From: an uncultured delta proteobacterium
GTDB lineage: Bacteria > Desulfobacterota > Binatia > UBA9968
Reading direction: 5' to 3'
NCBI GenBank assembly: GCA_963728565.1
Contig: CAVSLC010000001.1
Coordinates: 96,001-160,000, forward strand
DNA: 64,000 nt
Shown: positions 1-8,143 of the stretch, one piece after another
How the letters are laid out: the number at the start of each line of letters is the position of its first letter
Numbering within the stretch: position 1 is the first letter of the stretch
The notes under the pieces: model-generated
What the model was told of the DNA's origin: nothing
Seen by the model: only the letters and a program-made list of their open reading frames with translations
The model's database searches: none
Program-made: the position numbers and the translations under genes

Positions 1-1305
1 GCGCCGGGTCCCTACCGGATCCCGCACGTGAAAGTCGATGGCTATGCTGTTTACACAAACAAACCGGTGGCGGGCTCGTATCGCGGCTACGGCATTCCCC
101 AAGGGGCCTGGGCCGGAGAGCAACAGATGGACGAAATCGCCAAGCGCCTCGGCATGGATCCGGTTGAAATCCGCATGAAGAATATTTTTGTCGAAGGCGA
201 CATCTCATACTGGGGCGAGCAGCTTCATGCAGTAGGCTTGAAAGAAACGTTGACCAAAGCGATTGAAGCTATCGATTGGGGTAAGAAGCCGCAGCAAACC
301 AAACCAGGTGTCAAAATCGGCAAGGGTTTCGCCTGCATTCAGAAGCCGACGCGCAGTCCCACCACGTCGGCGTCAGGTGTCGTCGTCGATACCAAAGGCG
401 ACGTCACCGTGCTTGCGGGCACTGTGGAAATAGGCCAGGGGTGCAATACCATACTATCGCAAGTAGCGGCGGAAGAGCTTAAGGTGCCAATGGCAAAAGT
501 TCACATGCACCCTCTCGACACCGACGTGATTCCATATGATGCGTCAACGACTTCGAGCCGGAGCACCTATCATATGGGCAATGCGGTGCGCCGCGCGGCG
601 ATTCACGCCCGCGAACAGATCATGGAAGCCGCCGCTCCCATTTTTGAAGCGCGAAGCGAAGATTTAGATTGCGCCGACGGTAAAGTATTTCTCAAAGATC
701 AGCCGCAGATGGCGCTGAGTCTCGGCGAGGTGGTACGCCGTAAGTTAGGTCCGGAGGGAATCGTTCGCGGCGACGGCGCATACACCTATGAGATCGGCAA
801 GGATCTCGACCTGGAAACGGGTCACAGTGACCACGCATCAGCCTTCTACATGTACGCCACGCAAGCCGCCGAAGTAGCGGTAGACGAGGACAGCGGTCGT
901 GTGAGAATCCTGCGCATGTCCGCCGCGCATGACGTTGGCAGAGCCATCAATCCGCTGAACTGCGTCGCTCAGATCGAAGGCGGCGTGGTCATGGGCATCG
1001 GCTCCGCGCTGCACGAGGAGATGGTAATTGATCAGACCGGCAAGGTCCGCAACCCTTCCTTTCTCGACTATCATCTCGTCACTTCTCTCGATACTCCCGA
1101 GCTCATTCCGATCATCGTTGAATGCAACGAACCTGAAGGGCCTTACGGCGCCAAGGGGCTTGGCGAACCGGGGCTCGCCCCCACCCCCGCCGCCATCGGC
1201 AACGCCGTCGCCGATGCCTTGGGAGTCAGAATTTACGATCTGCCGCTCAAGCCGGAAAATGTCTTTTGGGCTATTCAGAACAAGAACAAAAAAACCGCCG
1301 CCTGA
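1..1305 (+). CDS. Xanthine dehydrogenase/CoxL-family molybdopterin-binding subunit (5' end outside window)
   Basis: Frame is open from base 1 (APGPYRIPHVKVD). Motifs GSYRGYGIPQ, VEIGQG, AHDVGRAINP, QIEGGVVMGIG and GPYGAKGLGEPG. Confidence 0.9.
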   Translation, partial: APGPYRIPHVKVDGYAVYTNKPVAGSYRGYGIPQGAWAGEQQMDEIAKRLGMDPVEIRMKNIFVEGDISYWGEQLHAVGLKETLTKAIEAIDWGKKPQQTKPGVKIGKGFACIQKPTRSPTTSASGVVVDTKGDVTVLAGTVEIGQGCNTILSQVAAEELKVPMAKVHMHPLDTDVIPYDASTTSSRSTYHMGNAVRRAAIHAREQIMEAAAPIFEARSEDLDCADGKVFLKDQPQMALSLGEVVRRKLGPEGIVRGDGAYTYEIGKDLDLETGHSDHASAFYMYATQAAEVAVDEDSGRVRILRMSAAHDVGRAINPLNCVAQIEGGVVMGIGSALHEEMVIDQTGKVRNPSFLDYHLVTSLDTPELIPIIVECNEPEGPYGAKGLGEPGLAPTPAAIGNAVADALGVRIYDLPLKPENVFWAIQNKNKKTAA

Positions 1306-1382
1306 CATATTCGATCGTAATCCATTTCCTTTTCGTCTAAAATACGCCAAATTCCAGCCGCGCAAGGGCTAAGGTTTCGCCC

Positions 1383-2597
1383 TTGCTTCGACATGGGGGT
1401 CACGTGGTCGGTAGCAAAAGGAAAAGTTCATACATTTCTCTCATCCTGACATTAGCGCTCTCTGCCTCTCGGTTTTCCACTGCGATCGCGGCCGAATCAC
1501 CGGCAATTGGTACCCCGCGCGGGATTCAAACCGTGCCGGGAATGCCTCCGGTCATCGATCCGAACAATATCTATAGCGAGACGCGGCCTGACAAGCTGAG
1601 CGCAACGGTGGCCAAACACCTCTCGCGCGTTTATGTGCCGAACCGTAGTTCTAACGATGTCTGGGTGATCGATCCCACGACCGATAAAGTCGTCAACAAA
1701 TTCCGTGTCGGCGTTCATCCGCAGCACGTTGTTCCTTCCTGGGATTTGAAAACTCTCTGGGTCAATAATAACGCTGAAGGACGAGATGACGGCAGCGTGA
1801 CACCCATCGATCCTGTAACCGGCAAACCGGGGAAGAATATTCCGGTCGATGACCCCTACAATATGTACTTCACACCCGACGGCAGCGCCGCGATTATTGT
1901 CGCCGAAGCGCGCAAGCGGCTTGATTTCCGCGACCCGCAAACTATGGCAATGAAGTATTCCATAGAGACGCCTCATTGCGCCGGCATCAACCATGCCGAT
2001 TTTTCCATGGATGGTCGCTACGCGTTTTTCACGTGTGAATACGCCGGTAGTCTGGTCAAGATTGATCTCATCGACAAGAAGGTGGTCGGCTATCTAAAAT
2101 TTTCCAAGGGCGGTATGCCGCAGGATATCCGCATTTCTCCGGACGGCAAAATATTTTACATTGCCGACATGAAGGCAGCGGGCGTATTCCTGGTTGAAGG
2201 TGAGAGTTTTAGAGAGATCGGTCATATCAAAACCGGCCTGGGCACCCATGGTCTCTATCCCAGTCGTGATGGAACGCAACTCTACGTCGCTAATCGGGGT
2301 GTTGCCCGGGTCTACGGCCCTCCCAAAGGAAAAGGCAGCGTGAGCGTGATCGATTTTGCAACGCGTAAAGTGACCGCTGACTGGCCGATTCCGGGTGGCG
2401 GGAGTCCGGACATGGGTAATCTCAGCATCGACGGGAATACATTGTGGCTTTCGGGCCGCTATGATAATGCCGTGTACAAAATCGATACGATGACAGGTCA
2501 ATCAAAGATTATCCCGGTCAAAACCGAACCTCACGGTTTGACCGTCTGGCCGCAGCCGGGCCGTTATTCTCTTGGCCATACGGGAAATCTGCGCTAA
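1383..2597 (+). CDS. Secreted YncE/YVTN-family beta-propeller protein
   Basis: Signal-peptide-like N-terminus and repeated blades (VYVPNRSSNDVWVIDP, LYVANRG, VSVIDF). Start uncertain; GTG near 1404 is possible. Confidence 0.8.
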   Translation: MLRHGGHVVGSKRKSSYISLILTLALSASRFSTAIAAESPAIGTPRGIQTVPGMPPVIDPNNIYSETRPDKLSATVAKHLSRVYVPNRSSNDVWVIDPTTDKVVNKFRVGVHPQHVVPSWDLKTLWVNNNAEGRDDGSVTPIDPVTGKPGKNIPVDDPYNMYFTPDGSAAIIVAEARKRLDFRDPQTMAMKYSIETPHCAGINHADFSMDGRYAFFTCEYAGSLVKIDLIDKKVVGYLKFSKGGMPQDIRISPDGKIFYIADMKAAGVFLVEGESFREIGHIKTGLGTHGLYPSRDGTQLYVANRGVARVYGPPKGKGSVSVIDFATRKVTADWPIPGGGSPDMGNLSIDGNTLWLSGRYDNAVYKIDTMTGQSKIIPVKTEPHGLTVWPQPGRYSLGHTGNLR

Positions 2598-2642
2598 ACG
2601 TATCGCCGCCGCTCTCACAACCTTTTGCTCAATGGGGGTTTT

Positions 2643-3677
2643 ATGGCAAAGATTGCCGGTCTTTTTCTAATGCTTCTTCTTGTCGGCGCCGCGAACACCA
2701 ACACTCAAGCTGCCAGCGCAGAGCAAAGTTTCTACAAAGGCAAAACAATACGGATCATCGTCGGCTTTGCCGCCGGCGGCGGATTCGACGCCTACGCGCG
2801 CGCGATCGCGCGCAATCTCAGTCGACACATTCCCGGTAATCCGGCAGTCATCGTCGACAACATGACCGGCGCCGGTAGCCGAATCGCCGCCAATTATCTC
2901 TATAAAACACCGCCCGATGGCCTGATCATCGGCAACTTCATCGGCTCACTGGTCTTGCAGCAGATTATGGGCGACAAAAGCGTCGAGTTCGACGCGCGAA
3001 AATTCGAGTGGCTCGGCGCTCCAGTGCAGGACGAAACCGTTTGCGCAATCACCAAAGCCAGCGGCATCAATTCCCTGGATGATTGGTTTGCGGCCAAAAA
3101 GCCGGTGAAGCTCGGGGGCGAGGCTCCGGGCGCCAACGACTCCGATGCCCCTAGAATTTTGAAAGCGGCGCTGGGTCTGCCGATCCAGCTGATCGAAGGA
3201 TTCAAGGGAACTTCCGACATACGCATCGCTGCTGAAGCCGGTGAAGTCGACGGCGGTTGCTGGACGTGGGCATCGATCCGAACGACCTGGAGCAAGGGAC
3301 TGGAGTCCGGTCTGGTAAAGCCAATTATCCAGATCAACCCGAAGAAGGCGGCGGACATTCCCAACGTTCCCAACGCCATCGATTATGCGAAAACAGCCGA
3401 GGCCCGCGTGCTGATCGAATCAGGCACGCACGCTCCATCCGCCATTCTACGTGCCTATGCGGTTGCGCCCGGAACACCGAAGGAGCGGATCAACACTCTG
3501 CGCACCGCTTTCAACGCGACCATGAAAGATCCGGAATTTGTCGCCGAGATGGATAAGTCGAAGCTGGAAATAAATCCGTTGTCGGGCTCCGAAATGGAGA
3601 GCATAGTCAAAAAGCTGTTTGGGATGGATGCCGCCAACGTCGCAAAAATCAGAGAGGTCCTAGTTCCTAAAAATTAG
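2643..3677 (+). CDS. Bug/TctC tripartite tricarboxylate transporter substrate-binding protein (orphan)
   Basis: Signal peptide, FYKGKTIRIIVGFAAGGGFDAYAR, VIVDNMTGAGS, PPDGL, APGTPKERI. Confidence 0.9.
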   Translation: MAKIAGLFLMLLLVGAANTNTQAASAEQSFYKGKTIRIIVGFAAGGGFDAYARAIARNLSRHIPGNPAVIVDNMTGAGSRIAANYLYKTPPDGLIIGNFIGSLVLQQIMGDKSVEFDARKFEWLGAPVQDETVCAITKASGINSLDDWFAAKKPVKLGGEAPGANDSDAPRILKAALGLPIQLIEGFKGTSDIRIAAEAGEVDGGCWTWASIRTTWSKGLESGLVKPIIQINPKKAADIPNVPNAIDYAKTAEARVLIESGTHAPSAILRAYAVAPGTPKERINTLRTAFNATMKDPEFVAEMDKSKLEINPLSGSEMESIVKKLFGMDAANVAKIREVLVPKN

Positions 3678-3733
3678 CGCCGTGATTGTACGCGTTAAGT
3701 ACTCCGTCCTTGATGGACAGTCCGTTTGAACTC

Positions 3734-3771
3734 AGCGGTTGCTGTGCGACTTTCGCCACAGCTTGACCGCT
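3734..3771. terminator. Imperfect stem-loop between convergent genes
   Basis: Nested inverted repeats AGCGGT/ACCGCT, GCTGTG/CACAGC and CGA/TCG. No strong U-tract. Confidence 0.35.
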
Positions 3772-3823
3772 CCAACACGGCGATGCCGCAGGAATTAGCG
3801 GATTAGCGGTGGGCTCAACTGAG

Positions 3824-5287
3824 CTAGTCCCCGAACACTCGGGCGTACATTTCCGCCAGCGCCGGCTCCATGGATTTAGCTGCGGCGAGCTCGCGCTGAA
3901 TCGAGGGGTCGATTCGCTCGCGGGCCTTGGACGCTAGAGCGAGAGCTTCTTGTTCGTTCATACACGTTAGTCGACCGGATTCGACAACTATCTCGCCATT
4001 AACAATCACCGTATCTACCGAACTGCCGTTTTCACAAAAAACTAGCTGACCCGCAAGATCGTTAAGCGGGGTGAACGCCGGCGTATCGCGACGCAGCAAG
4101 GTAACATCGGCGAGTTTGCCTGTTGCGAGCACGCCGGCATCGAGGCCGAAAGCGCGCGCGCCATTAACGGTGGCCATCGTCAGCGCTTGCCACGGCGAGA
4201 TCCATTGAGCGAAGTCAGTTCCTGGCTGGTTGTGAATCAACGCCGATAAACGAATCGCATCGAACATGTTCTGGCTGTCATTGGAGGCCGCGCCGTCGGT
4301 ACCGAGTGCAACGCGGGCGCCCGCGGCCAGATATCTCTTGACCGGCGCCAAGCCGCTGCCGAGACGTAGGTTACTTGCCGGATTGTGCACCGCCGTTACA
4401 CCGCGGCCGGCGAACAATTCGACATCGCCTTCGTCGATCCAAATCGAATGGGCCAATGAAAGATTCGAATCCAACACGTTTAGCGATTCTAAATGTTGCA
4501 ACAGAGACGTGCCGTAGAGTTGTCGTCCCATGAGTTGCTGCGCCTTGGTTTCGGCTAGATGAATATGCATCGGCAGGCTTTTCCTTCGCGCCATCTGCGC
4601 CGATTTGACCAATAGCTCATCGGTGCAACGCTGGACAGCCGAGGGGCCGGGACATGCGGTGGTCAGTTTATCCGGAGCATGAAATGTCTCGATGAAGGCT
4701 TCGCAGTCGTCGAGCCACGCTTGGGTTGCCTTGGCTTCGCTTTGACTCATCCGCTTGATCTCGTCACCCACAGACGCGGCCGCGCTGCCGAGCGGAATGG
4801 TTTCTTCATAATTCCGGTCAGAGAGAGTCAATGCTACAACGTGGCGCAATCCCAAATCGCGCATTGCCTGAATCGCCGCGCCGGCGCCCATGAAGCGGCA
4901 GGCTTGATTGCCAAAGAAATGATCCAGGACAGTAGTGGTTCCGGTCTTAAGCATCTCCATCCCGCCGAGAAGCGCGCTCGCATAAAAATCTTCCTCGCGC
5001 ATATCTCTGAGCGATGCCCGGTAGTAAGCGCGCCAAATTTCTAGCGGCTTGCTCGGCATCATGCCTCGGACCAGATTGGCCGGCGAATGGCAGTGAGAAT
5101 TGATCAGGCCGGGCATCGCGATCAAGCGGCCGCCTTCGATTGATCGCTCAAACGGGCCAGACGGCGCCGATTGAGCGGGACCGACGTAGGAAAGTCGGTT
5201 GCCATCGATGACAATCGAACCAGGCGCGATAATTTCGAATTCTTCATTCATGGTAAGAATGCAAACACCGCGGATCAGTAACTTCAT
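3824..5287 (-). CDS. Amidohydrolase-superfamily deaminase (MtaD/AtzA/TrzA-like)
   Basis: MPGLINSHCH (HxH), HIHLAET, LAHSIW, HNPASNLRLGSG, LGTDG, GKLAD. Substrate not assignable. Confidence 0.85.
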   Translation of the reverse strand: MKLLIRGVCILTMNEEFEIIAPGSIVIDGNRLSYVGPAQSAPSGPFERSIEGGRLIAMPGLINSHCHSPANLVRGMMPSKPLEIWRAYYRASLRDMREEDFYASALLGGMEMLKTGTTTVLDHFFGNQACRFMGAGAAIQAMRDLGLRHVVALTLSDRNYEETIPLGSAAASVGDEIKRMSQSEAKATQAWLDDCEAFIETFHAPDKLTTACPGPSAVQRCTDELLVKSAQMARRKSLPMHIHLAETKAQQLMGRQLYGTSLLQHLESLNVLDSNLSLAHSIWIDEGDVELFAGRGVTAVHNPASNLRLGSGLAPVKRYLAAGARVALGTDGAASNDSQNMFDAIRLSALIHNQPGTDFAQWISPWQALTMATVNGARAFGLDAGVLATGKLADVTLLRRDTPAFTPLNDLAGQLVFCENGSSVDTVIVNGEIVVESGRLTCMNEQEALALASKARERIDPSIQRELAAAKSMEPALAEMYARVFGD

Positions 5288-5718
5288 TTTTGTCCTCGCA
5301 GATCTCTGACTCTCAGAGATCCTTTCTTAGCAGAGCAGTGATCACCCGGTGGAACGATGGCGTTTTTACTGCGCCTCTTCGTCTGCGCGGCGACCCGCCA
5401 TCATTGGCCATGTTGAGAGTTGCGGCAAATCCGCGTTCAAGCATCTGGGGGCTCGAGACCCCGGTCTCTTCAAACTCATGGCAATCGATTCGCAATCGTG
5501 GTGCTCGAGCAAGGCACCTCTGCTTCATTAGGTCTTGGCGCTGGTGTAGATCGATATGCGTGATTGCGGTAAGAGCCAACCCCGAGGCTCGATAGCGCCG
5601 GCACAATCATCGCAGCGAATACTAGATCTCCCCGAGTCGAGCCAGTAGACGGACGAAGACCTTAGATCCCGGAGTTCGCGATCTAAACTAGTTGGGCTCG
5701 CGCGGCGCCGCTGCGAAG

Positions 5719-6270
5719 CTAAATCTTTCCCTGCGACCTGAGATGATCGATGCGCTCTCTGATGATCTCACCCAAATCAGTTGTGGGCAGGCCGTCAGCA
5801 ATTTGTAATGAATCGGCGCCTAATTGAGCGAGCTTTTCGTTCAGGCTCTGCAGTCCCGAGCGGATCCGATCATAGTCCTGCAGATATTGACGGCAAGCGA
5901 GGATATTATCATCGATTTCATCCAGGCATTTTGCCAGCCTTTGACTTTCCTCGCCAAAGGATTGGCGTAGGTGCTCGACGTTGGCCTGAATGATCTGCTC
6001 TTCCACTGGCCGTATCTGCTTGGTGATCTCGCTTTTCATGTCTTGCAGCGCTTGCAGTAGACGCTCGTACGATTGTTCCTCTCGCATTAGATCCTCCGGC
6101 ATTAGAATTCTTGGCTGCTTCATGGCGATGTAATGATGCGCCATGCACTCCGATACTCTTTTCTGGATCAAGGTGAGCGCCGCTCGTGTCTCCCCGATCT
6201 TCTTTTCCAGCCGCGCTTCATCGGCCAGCAACTTGGCCAGAAGCTCCACGGGCCTCGTTGATATCGTCAT
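5719..6270 (-). CDS. Hypothetical alpha-helical/coiled-coil protein (183 aa)
   Basis: Long ORF rich in L/E/Q/K/R with heptad character. ATG at 6270 (MTISTRPVELL) preferred over the upstream TTG. Confidence 0.7.
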   Translation of the reverse strand: MTISTRPVELLAKLLADEARLEKKIGETRAALTLIQKRVSECMAHHYIAMKQPRILMPEDLMREEQSYERLLQALQDMKSEITKQIRPVEEQIIQANVEHLRQSFGEESQRLAKCLDEIDDNILACRQYLQDYDRIRSGLQSLNEKLAQLGADSLQIADGLPTTDLGEIIRERIDHLRSQGKI

Positions 6271-6398
6271 GGATTGGTTGTTTCGAAGATGCAGAGATGG
6301 ATGAAAGCGGCTGTCCGCTCCCGCACTCAATTACGGAATTCTTTTATCCACTCCGCTGAAAAACTTCAAGGAGGAGAAAACTGCCTCGGGAGAGAAAC

Positions 6399-6439
6399 AG
6401 ATCGGCTTCGCCGGCCCGTGATGCCACCGAAGTCGATCT
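6399..6439 (-). terminator. Putative intrinsic terminator after the TPR gene
   Basis: 12-bp stem AGATCGGCTTCG/CGAAGTCGATCT with one non-Watson-Crick pair, followed by GTTTCTCT on the minus strand. Confidence 0.4.
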
Positions 6440-6519
6440 ATTTATGATCGTTGCAAGATCCGAAGGTTAGTTGACGGTAGAATGGGAAAGGTTAAACGGT
6501 CGAGAAGAAAACTCGACGG

Positions 6520-6867
6520 TTAGTCTTTTTGTGGCTCATTCTTCTGAGACAGCTGTCGTTTCCACCCCAGCGTTCGCGCTTGGGCAGCAATATGCTCGGC
6601 CTCCGCGATCATTCCTTTTTGTTGATAGAATATGGAGAGACTGGTGTGAGCTAGTTCGTCATCTGGCGCGACTTCGACGAGCTTCTTGCCGATCTCGATG
6701 GCTTCGTCTAGTTTCTCCTGATGCGAGTAGGTCATCGCTAGCGCATGCAACGCATCCGTGTAACTGGCATCTTCGTCAAGAGCCTGCTGAAACGCGGCAA
6801 TCGCGTCATCGAACTTGTCCTCCGCAAACAGTTCCATGCCCCTGTTGTAAATATCTTCTTTGCTCAT
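6520..6867 (-). CDS. Small tetratricopeptide-repeat protein
   Basis: TPR helices YNRGMELFAEDKFDDAIAAFQQAL, ALHALAMTYSHQEKLDEAIE and AHTSLSIFYQQKGMIAEAE. Confidence 0.85.
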   Translation of the reverse strand: MSKEDIYNRGMELFAEDKFDDAIAAFQQALDEDASYTDALHALAMTYSHQEKLDEAIEIGKKLVEVAPDDELAHTSLSIFYQQKGMIAEAEHIAAQARTLGWKRQLSQKNEPQKD

Positions 6868-6875
6868 GACTGGGC

Positions 6876-8031
6876 TTAGATGTTTTTGGAACCGGTTGGA
6901 GGCGTTGTTTGAGGCGAAGAACCTGTCGGAGGCTGTGGGTGGACCTGTTCAGGTCTACATTGCTGGAGCAGCGCCTTTTTAAGCAATGCGGGGTTCACAG
7001 GTTTCTTGAAAATTACCCCCTGCAATCCTTCAAGGCAACTTCGTTTGATAATATGATCCTTATCGTAATTGAAAGCCGTCATTAAAATCACCGGCAGATT
7101 CGGCGCGCTTTTCTTGACGTATTGATAGAGCTGGTATCCATCAATATCGGGCATGACAACGTCGCTTAGAACTAAATCAAACCCGCCGCGCTCGAGCCAC
7201 TGCATTGCGTAAACACCCGATGCAGCGGTTTCCACCTGGCAGTCTTCTGCCTCCAGGAGGTCTCTCAAAGACTGGCAAATTCCCGCATCATCATCGACGA
7301 TCAAGATCTTGAGCCCGCGCAGTGGATATCGCTCGTCTGGTTTTGGCCGCTCACAATCCTTTGCCGTCCGGCCCGGTGCGCAGATCCGTCATCATCTTGC
7401 CGGACAGATATTCTTTAGTTCCGTACTCGCCCTCGTCGGCCATTTGGCTAATTCGCGCGGTGATGTCCTGGATCCTTTTCACCTGAGACGCGACAGAAAC
7501 TAAACGGTCCGATTCGACAATATAATCTTCGTCAGTAGCAACTCGTTCAACGTACTTTTGCAGAAGTTCTACCTGGTTGACCAGCACTTCCAACGAGTTG
7601 TTGACTTCGTGCGACACGCCAATAGCGATCTCGGCCAACGTGACGAGTTGATCACGGCGCCGGATGTCCCGTAAATCTTTGGCAAAACCGATGGAGCCGA
7701 TTTCCTGGTTATTTTCGTCGTAGATGATGGACGCGGAGATCGCAACAGGAATACAGTCGCCTTTTTTTGTTTTGAATGTCGTTTCGAAACTTCTGATTCT
7801 GCCTGGCCCTTCGCCCGCGCTGGCTCGCATCGCAGCCATTACCCGGCGCGCCTCATTCAATGTCGGGTAGATCTCCAAAACGCTTTTGCCCAGCACTTCT
7901 TCATGCGAAAAGCCCAGGTTTTGCCGGGCCCCATCATTGTAGAACGTGATGACGCCGTGTTTGTCTACGGAGATGATGATATCAGGACAACTCTCGACGA
8001 GCTTCTGGAAATATTGTACAGGTAGGGGCAT
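6876..8031 (-). CDS. PAS + HisKA(DHp) + receiver-domain signalling protein lacking HATPase; ORFs 7351..8031 and 6876..7304 joined by a +1 frameshift near 7360
   Basis: PAS (CPDIIISVDKHGVITFYNDGA...IGSIGFAKDL), H-box LAEIAIGVSHEVNNSL, and REC (LKILIVDDD, DLVLSDVVMPDIDG, VILMTA, KKPV). The REC frame has no ATG/GTG or RBS before its first beta strand; removing one base gives GKDCERPKPDERYPLRGLKILIVDDD. Confidence 0.75.
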
Positions 8032-8143
8032 ACTGACGCCGGTCGAATAGCTCTATGATAGGTCGAACGCCGACGTCATTGCAAGAGCCCTAACTCATCA
8101 TTTGCCCAAATCCCAAACTTAAATCGTAAAAGCAACTTGTCTA

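Noticed and set aside
1362-1386. Hairpin GCAAGGGC/GCCCTTGC as a riboswitch
   Set aside because: Only an 8-bp stem with no recognisable aptamer motif; at most a weak terminator or RBS-modulating hairpin.
5290-5606. Short ORFs on both strands upstream of the amidohydrolase
   Set aside because: No convincing RBS, motif or protein-like composition; cannot be supported.
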